From IMG/VR virus record IMGVR_UViG_2706796071_000001: a stretch of 64,000 bases of DNA; one strand, written 5' to 3'. Position 1 is the first letter of the stretch. The number at the start of each line of letters is the position of its first letter. Source of the DNA: a virus. Lineage: Duplodnaviria; Heunggongvirae; Uroviricota; Caudoviricetes; Herelleviridae. Below the pieces are notes generated by a model. The model was not told the origin of the DNA. It did not search any database and saw nothing but the letters and a program-made list of their open reading frames with translations. The position numbers and the translations under genes are program-made. Positions 21,065 to 29,870 of the stretch are shown here, one piece after another.

Positions 21065-22499
21065 GAAAATAAAGGAGCTTATTCTTCACAAATCAATGAA
21101 GGATATACATTTTGCAAGAGAAGTATTAGATAACTTACCTAAGAACCTATTTTCAGCAGAATCTGAAGATATGGGCTACCTATTTACAGCTATAAAAAGA
21201 ACAGCGCATATATCAGACAAAATGTCTAATGAAGCGTTAGCTATTAAAATAGAACAGCTTATGGGAAATAACAGGGAAGATGAAGAGAAAGTAACCAAAA
21301 CATTAACTTACTTAGAAGATTTATATAAAGTAGATGTTAATGAAAAAGATGAATCTGTTAATTATGAAATAGAGAAGTATATTAAAACAGAAATGTCTAA
21401 GGAAGTATTAGTTAAGTTTATTGCAGAAAATAAACAAGAAGACTCAGATAACTTACATGAGCTTGTAGATAAATTAAAACAAATAGAGGTAAGTGATATT
21501 TCAGGAGGTAATGGAGAATTTATTGATTTCTTCGAAGACACTGAAAAGAAACAAGAATTATTAAGTAATTTAGCTACAAATAAATTCTCTACAGGATTTA
21601 ACTCTATTGATAATCATATTGAAGGCGGTATAGCAAGAGGAGAGGTTGGATTAATTATAGCTCCAACTGGTAGAGGTAAGTCATTAATGGCTTCTAACTT
21701 AGCTAAAAATTATGTGAAGAGTGGATTAAGTGTTTTATATATTGCATTAGAGGAAAAAATGGATAGAATGGTTTTACGTGCAGAGCAACAAATGGCAGGA
21801 GCAGAAAAAAGCCAAATTGTAAACCAAGACATGTCTTTAAACAGTAAAGTTTATGATGCAATACAAAACCATTACCAAAAGAATAGAAAGTTACTAGGTG
21901 ACTTTTATATTTCTAAACATATGCCAGGTGAAGTTACACCAAACCAACTAGAGCAAATTATTGTTAATACTACAATTAAGAAAGATAAGAATATTGATGT
22001 TGTTATTATTGACTATCCTCACTTGATGAGAAACCCATATGCTAAGTATCACTCAGAATCAGATGCAGGAGGGAAACTGTTTGAAGATATTCGTAGATTA
22101 TCACAGCAATATGGGTTTGTATGTTGGACTTTAGCTCAGACTAACCGAGGAGCTTATGGCTCAGATGTTATTACAAGTGAGCATGTAGAAGGTTCTCGTA
22201 AGATTGTCAATGCTGTTGAGGTTTCTCTAGCAGTAAACCAAAAAGATGAAGAATTCAAGAGTGGTTTTTTAAGACTATACTTAGATAAAATTCGTAACAG
22301 TTCTAATACAGGGGAACGATTTGTTAATCTTAAAGTAGAGCCAACTAAGATGATTGTAAGAGATGAAACACCTGAAGAGAAACAAGAACATATACAATTA
22401 CTATCTGATAATGGAAAAGAGGATACAAGTAAATTCCAAAATAAAGATAATAAAATAGAAGCTATAAATAACACATTCGGAGGATTACCAGGAGTTTAA
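21057..22499 (+). CDS. Replicative DnaB-like helicase
   Basis: APTGRGKS Walker A, YIALEE, VIIDYPHL Walker B, LAQTNR, DKIRN. Confidence 0.9.
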   Translation: MSKKIKELILHKSMKDIHFAREVLDNLPKNLFSAESEDMGYLFTAIKRTAHISDKMSNEALAIKIEQLMGNNREDEEKVTKTLTYLEDLYKVDVNEKDESVNYEIEKYIKTEMSKEVLVKFIAENKQEDSDNLHELVDKLKQIEVSDISGGNGEFIDFFEDTEKKQELLSNLATNKFSTGFNSIDNHIEGGIARGEVGLIIAPTGRGKSLMASNLAKNYVKSGLSVLYIALEEKMDRMVLRAEQQMAGAEKSQIVNQDMSLNSKVYDAIQNHYQKNRKLLGDFYISKHMPGEVTPNQLEQIIVNTTIKKDKNIDVVIIDYPHLMRNPYAKYHSESDAGGKLFEDIRRLSQQYGFVCWTLAQTNRGAYGSDVITSEHVEGSRKIVNAVEVSLAVNQKDEEFKSGFLRLYLDKIRNSSNTGERFVNLKVEPTKMIVRDETPEEKQEHIQLLSDNGKEDTSKFQNKDNKIEAINNTFGGLPGV

Positions 22500-22517
22500 A
22501 TTTTTACTATATACCAC

Positions 22518-22546
22518 TTGACATTTTATATGTTAGGTGGTATAAT
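22518..22546 (+). promoter_or_regulatory. Consensus sigmaA promoter embedded in a 15-bp hairpin
   Basis: TTGACA-17bp-TATAAT with TGG extension; arms 22510-22524 and 22530-22544 pair. Confidence 0.88.
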
Positions 22547-22577
22547 TATTTTATAAAGAATAAAAGGAGAGATTAAT

Positions 22578-22997
22578 ATGAAAATTAAACAAATATTACC
22601 TAGCAATAACCCAAACAAATATCACCTTTTGATTGAGAGCAAGCTAATACCTAGTTACTACTCAACAAGAGATGATGTTTATAATGATTACTATGATTTA
22701 AATCTATATGGTATGTTTGATGATAATGAAAATTTATTATGTTCATGTGCAATAGAAAAGTATAATGAATTAGTATTCATGAAAAGGTTTGTTATGGTCG
22801 GGGAACATGGTAATGGATATTTTAAACAGATGGTTTCTCTTATAATAAAAGAAGAACCTCATATATGTTTAACTATAAATAAAGATAATATTAAAGTAGC
22901 TGATATTTTAAATGAACTAGGATTTATTAATGCAGGAGAAGTAATTGATAGAACAGGAAAGTATACTTATGAATTATACCAAGGAGGAAGAGCTTAA
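22578..22997 (+). CDS. Putative GNAT-fold acetyltransferase-like protein (139 aa)
   Basis: KRFVMVGEHGNGYFKQMV resembles motif A; NKDNIKVADILNELGFINAG resembles motif B. Confidence 0.55.
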   Translation: MKIKQILPSNNPNKYHLLIESKLIPSYYSTRDDVYNDYYDLNLYGMFDDNENLLCSCAIEKYNELVFMKRFVMVGEHGNGYFKQMVSLIIKEEPHICLTINKDNIKVADILNELGFINAGEVIDRTGKYTYELYQGGRA

Positions 22998-24022
22998 TGA
23001 AGTTTGTATTTTTTACAGATAGTCACTTTCATTTATTTACAAACTATGCAAAACCTGATGATGAATTTGTAAATGATAGATTTAAAGAGCAAATAGAAGC
23101 ATTACAGAAAGTTTTTGATATTGCTAGAGAAGAAAAAGCTAATGTTATTTTCGGAGGAGATTTATTTCACAAACGTAATTCAGTAGATACTAGAGTATAT
23201 AACAAAGTATTTAGTACATTTGCTAAAAATAAAGATGTCCCTGTATTATTACTTAGAGGTAATCATGATGCTACAACTAATTCATTATATACCGATTCAA
23301 GTATAGATACATTTGAGTATTTATCTAATGTAAGTGTAATAAAGTCATTAAATACAATTTTAAAAGATAATGTTAATATTGTATTTACAGCTTATGGAGA
23401 TGAAACAGAAGAAATAAAAACCTACATTAACAGTAACTATGATAAAGATATGGTTAATATACTAGTAGGTCATCTAGGTGTAGAAGGGTCATTAACAGGT
23501 AAAGGTTCTCATAGATTAGAGGGAGCCTTCGGATACCAGGACTTATTACCTGATAAATATGATTTCATTTTACTAGGTCATTATCATCGTAGACAATATT
23601 TCCAAAACCCAAATCATTTTTATGGAGGCTCGTTAATGCAACAATCATTTTCTGATGAGCAAGAAGCTAACGGTGTTCATATAATAGATACAGAAAAAAT
23701 GACTACAGAATTTATTCCAATTCATACACGTAGATTTATTACTATCCAGGGAGAAGATATACCTGAAAATTTTGACCAACTCATAGATGAAGATAATTTT
23801 ATCAGAGTTATTGGTACTGCAAACCATGCTAAAGTTTTAGAAATGGATGAGAGCATGAGGGATAAAAATGTTGAAGTTCAGATTAAAAAAGAGTATACTG
23901 TAGAGAAACGTATTAGCAGTGATGTATCTGATGACCCTTTAACAATTGCTAGTACTTATGCCAAGCAATATTCACCTGAATCTGAGCAAGAAATACTTGA
24001 ATGTTTGAAGGAGGTTCTATAA
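22997..24022 (+). CDS. sbcD: SbcD/Mre11-like recombination nuclease
   Basis: DSHFH, GDLFH, GNHD, GHLG, GHYH phosphoesterase motifs. Confidence 0.9.
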   Translation: MKFVFFTDSHFHLFTNYAKPDDEFVNDRFKEQIEALQKVFDIAREEKANVIFGGDLFHKRNSVDTRVYNKVFSTFAKNKDVPVLLLRGNHDATTNSLYTDSSIDTFEYLSNVSVIKSLNTILKDNVNIVFTAYGDETEEIKTYINSNYDKDMVNILVGHLGVEGSLTGKGSHRLEGAFGYQDLLPDKYDFILLGHYHRRQYFQNPNHFYGGSLMQQSFSDEQEANGVHIIDTEKMTTEFIPIHTRRFITIQGEDIPENFDQLIDEDNFIRVIGTANHAKVLEMDESMRDKNVEVQIKKEYTVEKRISSDVSDDPLTIASTYAKQYSPESEQEILECLKEVL

Positions 24023-24399
24023 TGAGAGGGTATAGAAGATATTTAGATAAAACTGATGAAGAGAATTTAGCAGAAGACTGGAAGAAAGTAGCAGATGATT
24101 TATGGAAAGTTTTTGAAAATATGGAGCCTAGGATTAACAAACTAGATATTAGTAATGTTGAGGACAAAGATTTAGATACAAAGAAACCTATTTTACAATT
24201 CCAAGATTCAGACAGAGTAATAGAGAACATTTGTAATGTTGAAGGTTTAGAAGATGGTTTATCTAAAATGAAAAAGATTTTTGATGATAGTAATTTTGAA
24301 AAACATTACTATAATAGAATTGTAGAACATGATGAATATTATTGGATTGATTATGGCTCTCATCATTGTTTCTTTAGGGTTACGAAAGGAGATAAGTAA
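24022..24399 (+). CDS. Hypothetical protein (125 aa) between sbcD and sbcC
   Basis: AGGAGG RBS before ATG 24022; TAATG overlaps at both ends. Confidence 0.8.
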   Translation: MRGYRRYLDKTDEENLAEDWKKVADDLWKVFENMEPRINKLDISNVEDKDLDTKKPILQFQDSDRVIENICNVEGLEDGLSKMKKIFDDSNFEKHYYNRIVEHDEYYWIDYGSHHCFFRVTKGDK

Positions 24400-26318
24400 T
24401 GGTTGTATTTAAACAAGTAGAAGTTAATAATTTTTTAGCAATTAAAGAGGCTACATTAGAGTTAGATAATAGAGGTCTCATTCTCATAGAGGGTGAAAAT
24501 AAATCCAATGAGTCATTCCATTCAAATGGCTCCGGTAAGTCAACTTTGATATCTGCCATTACTTATGCTTTATATGGTAAAACTGAAAAAGGATTAAAAG
24601 CAGATGATGTAGTAAATAATATTGAGAAGAAAAATACATCTGTTAAACTTAAGTTTGATATTGGAGAAGATAGCTATTTAATTGAACGTTACCGTAAAGA
24701 TAAAGAGAATAAGAACAAAGTAAAATTATTTGTTAATGATAAAGAAATTACAGGCTCAACAAATGATGTTACTGATAAACAGATACAGGATTTATTTGGT
24801 ATTGAGTTTAATACGTATGTTAATGCTATCATGTATGGTCAAGGAGATATTCCTATGTTCTCTCAAGCAACAGATAAAGGGAAAAAAGAAATTCTTGAAT
24901 CTATTACTAAGACAGATGTATATAAACAAGCGCAAGATGTAGCAAAAGAGAAAGTTAAAGAAGTAGAAGAACAACAAAATAACATAAGACAGGAAATCTA
25001 TAAACTAGGTTATCAGTTATCTACAAAAGATGAGTACTTCCAAAGAGAAATAGAACAGTATAATCAATATAAAGAACAATTGGTTCAGATAGAAAACAGT
25101 AATAAGGAAAAAGATAGATTAAGAGAACAAGAGGAGAAGCAAATAGAAGCTCAAATAGAGCAATTAACTTCACAGATACCAACAATACCTGAAGATGAAT
25201 TTAAGCACTCAGAGGAGTATAATAAAGCTTCTCAAAGCCTAGATTTACTTTCTAATAAATTAACCGAACTAAATCAAGTATATGTAGAGTATAATACTAA
25301 AGAACAGGTATTAAAATCCGAAATAGCTACATTAAGTAATAGTTTAAATCAGTTAGATACAAATGACCATTGTCCGGTTTGTGGTTCTCCTATAGATAAC
25401 TCTCATAAATTAAAAGAACAGGAAAATATTAATAATCAGATTGAGAGTAAGAAACAAGAGATTACTAGTGTATTAGAAATGAAAGATACGTACAAAGAAG
25501 CTATTGATAAAGTAAATAATAAATCACAAGAAATTAAAGACAAAATGTCCCAGGAAGACCAACAAGAACGTGAGCATAATAATAGGGTTAATAGTATTAT
25601 TCAAGAGTCTTCTAAGATTAAATCAGATATTAGTTCATTAGAAAATAATAAAACTTATTTAAAAGTTAAATATCAACATCAATCTGTTCAAGGATTAGAA
25701 AGAGAAGAGCCAAGTAAAAAGAAACATGAAGAAGATAAAAAAGAATTACAAGAATCTATTGACAAACATGAAGAGAATGTAGTACAATTAGAAACTAAGA
25801 AAGGGAAATATCAACAAGCTGTAGATGCTTTTAGTAATAAAGGTATACGTTCAGTAGTGCTAGACTTTATTACACCTTTCTTAAATGAGAAAGCCAATGA
25901 ATATCTTCAAACTTTATCAGGTTCAGATATTGAAATAGAGTTTCAAACTCAAGTAAAAAATGCTAAAGGAGAACTAAAAGATAAATTTGATGTTATTGTT
26001 AAGAATAGTAAGGGCGGAGGCTCGTATAAATCAAACTCAGCAGGGGAGCAAAAACGTATTGATTTAGCAATTAGTTTTGCAATTCAGGATTTAATTATGA
26101 GTAAAGATGAGATATCTACAAATATTGCACTTTATGATGAATGTTTTGATGGATTAGATACCATAGGGTGTGAAAATGTAATTAAGTTATTAAAGGATAG
26201 ACTTAATACAGTAGGAACTATATTTGTAATTACTCATAACCAAAGTTTAGCTCCTTTATTTGAACAAACAATTAAAATTATAAAAGAAAACGGAGTATCA
26301 AAACTGGAGGAAAAATAA
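24399..26318 (+). CDS. sbcC: SbcC/Rad50-like ATPase
   Basis: GSGKST Walker A, CPVC zinc hook within coiled coil, SAGEQKR signature, LYDECFDGLD Walker B, ITH. Confidence 0.93.
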   Translation: MVVFKQVEVNNFLAIKEATLELDNRGLILIEGENKSNESFHSNGSGKSTLISAITYALYGKTEKGLKADDVVNNIEKKNTSVKLKFDIGEDSYLIERYRKDKENKNKVKLFVNDKEITGSTNDVTDKQIQDLFGIEFNTYVNAIMYGQGDIPMFSQATDKGKKEILESITKTDVYKQAQDVAKEKVKEVEEQQNNIRQEIYKLGYQLSTKDEYFQREIEQYNQYKEQLVQIENSNKEKDRLREQEEKQIEAQIEQLTSQIPTIPEDEFKHSEEYNKASQSLDLLSNKLTELNQVYVEYNTKEQVLKSEIATLSNSLNQLDTNDHCPVCGSPIDNSHKLKEQENINNQIESKKQEITSVLEMKDTYKEAIDKVNNKSQEIKDKMSQEDQQEREHNNRVNSIIQESSKIKSDISSLENNKTYLKVKYQHQSVQGLEREEPSKKKHEEDKKELQESIDKHEENVVQLETKKGKYQQAVDAFSNKGIRSVVLDFITPFLNEKANEYLQTLSGSDIEIEFQTQVKNAKGELKDKFDVIVKNSKGGGSYKSNSAGEQKRIDLAISFAIQDLIMSKDEISTNIALYDECFDGLDTIGCENVIKLLKDRLNTVGTIFVITHNQSLAPLFEQTIKIIKENGVSKLEEK

Positions 26319-26914
26319 TGAAATTAAAGATTTTAGATAAAGATAATGCAACACTCAATGTGTTTCATCGTAATAAGGAGCACAAAACGATAGATAATGT
26401 ACCTACTGCTAACTTAGTTGATTGGTACCCTTTAAGTAATGCTTATGAATATAAGTTAAGTAGAAATGGAGAATATTTAGAATTAAAAAGGTTGCGTTCT
26501 ACCTTACCTTCTTCTTATGGCTTAGAGGATAATGACCAAGATATTATTAGAGATAATAACCATAGATGTAAAATAGGGTATTGGTATAATCCTGCAGTAC
26601 GTAAAGATAATTTAAAGATTATCGAGAAAGCTAAACAATATGGTTTACCTGTTATAACAGAAGAATATGATGCTAATATTGTAGAACAAGGGTTTAGAGA
26701 TATTGGAGTTATATTCCAAAGCCTTAAAACTATTGTTGTTACTAGGTACCTAGAAGGTAAAACAGAAGAAGAATTGAGAATTTTTAACATGAAATCGGAA
26801 GAGTCACAATTAAATGAAGCTCTTAAAGAGAGTGATTTTTCGGTAGATTTAACTTATAGTGACCTAGGTCAGATTTATAATATGTTACTATTGATGAAAA
26901 AAATTAGTAAATAG
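26318..26914 (+). CDS. asf: Anti-sigma factor / host RNA polymerase sigmaA-binding protein (phage G1 gp67-type)
   Basis: 198 aa sequence recognised as near-identical to G1 ORF67 (MKLKILDKDNATLNVFHRNKEHKT...LLLMKKISK). Confidence 0.85.
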   Translation: MKLKILDKDNATLNVFHRNKEHKTIDNVPTANLVDWYPLSNAYEYKLSRNGEYLELKRLRSTLPSSYGLEDNDQDIIRDNNHRCKIGYWYNPAVRKDNLKIIEKAKQYGLPVITEEYDANIVEQGFRDIGVIFQSLKTIVVTRYLEGKTEEELRIFNMKSEESQLNEALKESDFSVDLTYSDLGQIYNMLLLMKKISK

Positions 26915-26928
26915 TAAGGAAGGATATT

Positions 26929-27996
26929 ATGAGGTTTGAAGACTTTTTAACCCAAGAATTAGGAGAACCAAAAGAAAATACTATAGGTGAACTAAGATAC
27001 TGTTGTCCGTTTTGTGGAGAAAAAAGTTATAAGTTCTATGTTAAGCAAGCTTTAGACTCTAGTAATGGTCAGTATCACTGTAAAAAATGTGATGAATCCG
27101 GTAATCCTATTACATTTATGAAGACTTATTATAACATTACAGGTAAACAAGCTTTTGATTTATTAGAGTCTAAGAATATAGATATAGAGAGAGCCCCTTT
27201 ACTTACAACTAATAATAAGGATTTAACTGAATCAGAGAAACTTATATTAATGCTTAGAGGAGTACATCAAGATAAAGGAAATACTAATCTTAAACCTCCT
27301 CGATTACCTGAAGGGTATAAATTATTAAAGGATAATTTAAATAATAAAGAGATTATACCTTTTTTAAAATACTTAAAAGGTAGAGGTATAACTTTAGAAC
27401 AAATCATTAATAATAATATAGGTTATGTTATTAATGGGTTTTTCTATAAAGTTGATGGAGAATCAAAAGTCTCATTAAGGAATAGCATTATATTTTTTAC
27501 TTACGATAATGATGGAAATTACCAGTATTGGAATACACGAAGTATAGAAAAGAACCCGTATATTAAATCTATCAATGCCCCTGCTAAACAAGATGAAGTA
27601 GGAAGAAAAGATGTCATATTTAATTTAAATATAGCAAGAAAGAAAAAATTCTTAGTTATAACCGAAGGTGTATTTGATGCTTTAACCTTTCATGAATATG
27701 GGATAGCAACACTAGGTAAGCAAGTAACAGAAAATCAAATAAAAAAAATAATTGATTATGTTAGCATAGATACATCAATATATATTATGTTAGATACCGA
27801 TGCGTTAGATAATAATATAGATTTAGCTTATAAGCTAAAAACACATTTTAACAAAGTTTACTTTGTACCTCATGGTGATGAGGATGCAAATGATATGGGA
27901 ACAAGGAAAGCTTTTGAGTTGTTAAAACAGAATCGAGTATTAGTAACACCTGAAAGTATACAGAGTTACAAAATACAACAAAAACTTAAACTTTAG
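26929..27996 (+). CDS. DNA primase
   Basis: CPFC...CKKC zinc finger; TOPRIM ITEGVFDAL and DTDA. Confidence 0.92.
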   Translation: MRFEDFLTQELGEPKENTIGELRYCCPFCGEKSYKFYVKQALDSSNGQYHCKKCDESGNPITFMKTYYNITGKQAFDLLESKNIDIERAPLLTTNNKDLTESEKLILMLRGVHQDKGNTNLKPPRLPEGYKLLKDNLNNKEIIPFLKYLKGRGITLEQIINNNIGYVINGFFYKVDGESKVSLRNSIIFFTYDNDGNYQYWNTRSIEKNPYIKSINAPAKQDEVGRKDVIFNLNIARKKKFLVITEGVFDALTFHEYGIATLGKQVTENQIKKIIDYVSIDTSIYIMLDTDALDNNIDLAYKLKTHFNKVYFVPHGDEDANDMGTRKAFELLKQNRVLVTPESIQSYKIQQKLKL

Positions 27997-27998
27997 TC

Positions 27999-28027
27999 TT
28001 GACCTTAGAGAAGTTTTATGTTATACT
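27999..28027 (+). promoter_or_regulatory. SigmaA-type promoter
   Basis: TTGACC-17bp-TATACT with TGT extension. Confidence 0.75.
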
Positions 28028-28061
28028 AGTAATTAAGTAATTAATAAAGGAGAAAAAAATA

Positions 28062-28400
28062 ATGTCAAATAATAAAAAAGATATTTTAGAATTTGTAGAT
28101 GAATACATTACAGCTTTAAGAGTTGGTAATGAACAACGACAACATCAATTAGAAGAGATAGGTAAAGAAGAAACAGCAACGTTAACAGATGTAGCTAAAG
28201 CTATTACTAACCTGATGTTAGGTGTTAATGAGCAAATGACAGACTTGGAATACAACAATGAGTTAAACTTAAATATTTTAATTGATGCTCTATATAAAGC
28301 CGAGCTTATTAATGAAGATGTACTAGGCTACATCCAAGAATCAATTGATAAGTCACAAGAAGAACCTAAAAATGAAGAAGAAAAAGGAGAACAAGAATAA
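28062..28400 (+). CDS. Hypothetical protein (112 aa)
   Basis: AAGGAG RBS; acidic helical ORF. Confidence 0.75.
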   Translation: MSNNKKDILEFVDEYITALRVGNEQRQHQLEEIGKEETATLTDVAKAITNLMLGVNEQMTDLEYNNELNLNILIDALYKAELINEDVLGYIQESIDKSQEEPKNEEEKGEQE

Positions 28401-28852
28401 TGGAAAAAAATATTAGCACACACACAAAAGGTATTAGTCAAGCAGACATGGAGAAATGGATTGAAGCTGTAGTACAAGGAACTGTTGATGGTAAACAAGT
28501 TGAGGAAAAAACAGCTAAACAACTATATAGAATTGGTTCACGCAGTGTTTCTTTAGAAGAAGCAACTCGTATTGCTAAAGTCATTAATGCTGTTACAGTT
28601 CAAGAGATGTCAGGAGATTTTAATGACGCATTTAACGCAATTGACTTAATGATGATTGTCATGGAAGATGAGTTAGGAGTAACTCAAGAGCAAGTTGGAA
28701 AAGCTAAAGATAAGTTAAATGAGAAACGAGAAGCTTATTTAAAAGAGAAGCAAGAAGAATTACGTCAAAAACAACAAGAAGAGGCACAAAAAGAAACTGA
28801 ATCTGACAGCAATGAAAAAGTAATTCAGTTGAAGAAAAATGACGAACAGTAA
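28400..28852 (+). CDS. Hypothetical coiled-coil protein (150 aa)
   Basis: Coupled ORF with RBS. Confidence 0.75.
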   Translation: MEKNISTHTKGISQADMEKWIEAVVQGTVDGKQVEEKTAKQLYRIGSRSVSLEEATRIAKVINAVTVQEMSGDFNDAFNAIDLMMIVMEDELGVTQEQVGKAKDKLNEKREAYLKEKQEELRQKQQEEAQKETESDSNEKVIQLKKNDEQ

Positions 28853-29447
28853 GAAAAAAGGGGATACATTCGAACGTAAAATAGCTAAAGAATTAACTGC
28901 TTGGTGGGGATACCAATTTAATAGGTCTCCTCAATCAGGTGGTGCATCTTGGGGTAAGGATAACAATGCTGTCGGAGATATAGTAGTACCTCAGGAAGCT
29001 AATTTTCCTTTAGTAGTAGAATGTAAACATAGAGAAGAATGGACTATAGATAACGTTCTTTTAAACAATAGAGAACCACATACATGGTGGGAGCAAGTCA
29101 TTAATGATAGTAGCAAGGTGAATAAGACACCTTGCTTAATATTTACTAGAAACAGAGCTCAGAGTTACGTTGCTTTACCTTATGATGAGAAAGTATATGA
29201 GGACTTAAGAAATAACGAATATCCTGTTATGAGAACAGATTTTATTATTGATAATATTAGAAAAGATAAATTTTTTTATGATGTTCTTATAACTACCATG
29301 AATGGGTTGACCTCATTTACACCTTCTTATATTATATCTTGCTACGACAAAAAAGATATAAAACCATACAAGAAGGTTGAGTCTAATTTATCTGAGGTAA
29401 GTAAGCATGAAGATGAATTGATTAATGACCTTCTTAATGATATATAA
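28839..29447 (+). CDS. Holliday junction resolvase (Hjc-like PD-(D/E)xK)
   Basis: SKKKGDTFERKIAKEL, GDI and VVECK motifs. Confidence 0.85.
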   Translation: MTNSKKKGDTFERKIAKELTAWWGYQFNRSPQSGGASWGKDNNAVGDIVVPQEANFPLVVECKHREEWTIDNVLLNNREPHTWWEQVINDSSKVNKTPCLIFTRNRAQSYVALPYDEKVYEDLRNNEYPVMRTDFIIDNIRKDKFFYDVLITTMNGLTSFTPSYIISCYDKKDIKPYKKVESNLSEVSKHEDELINDLLNDI

Positions 29448-29463
29448 GGAAGGTAAGATAGGT

Positions 29464-29856
29464 ATGACAAGTAAAGAAAGACCATTAATTGTATATTTTT
29501 CAGGTACAGGGCAAACAGAAAGACTAGTAAACAAAATTAATATTAATAATTCATTTGAAACATTTAGGGTTAAAAGTGGAAAAGAGAAAGTAAATAAACC
29601 TTTTATACTAATAACACCTACTTATATGAAAGGTGCAATACCTAAACAAATAGAAAGATTCCTAGAAATTAATGGGAGCCCTAAAGAAGTTATTGGTACA
29701 GGAAATAAACAATGGGGCTCTAATTTCTGTGGAGCAAGTAAAAAGATTTCAGAGATGTTTAAGATTCCTTTAATTGCTAAAGTAGAGCAATCAGGACACT
29801 TTAACGAGATACAACCAATATTAGAACACTTTAGTAATAAATATAAAGTAGCGTAA
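29464..29856 (+). CDS. nrdI: NrdI flavodoxin
   Basis: VYFSGTGQTERLV, LITPTY, GTGNKQWGSNFCGA; start moved to ATG 29464. Confidence 0.92.
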   Translation: MTSKERPLIVYFSGTGQTERLVNKININNSFETFRVKSGKEKVNKPFILITPTYMKGAIPKQIERFLEINGSPKEVIGTGNKQWGSNFCGASKKISEMFKIPLIAKVEQSGHFNEIQPILEHFSNKYKVA

Positions 29857-29870
29857 AGGATGAGAGATAT

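Noticed and set aside
12938-24942. Alternative-frame plus-strand ORFs 12938-13126 and 24730-24942
   Set aside because: Nested inside long conserved genes, no RBS, atypical composition
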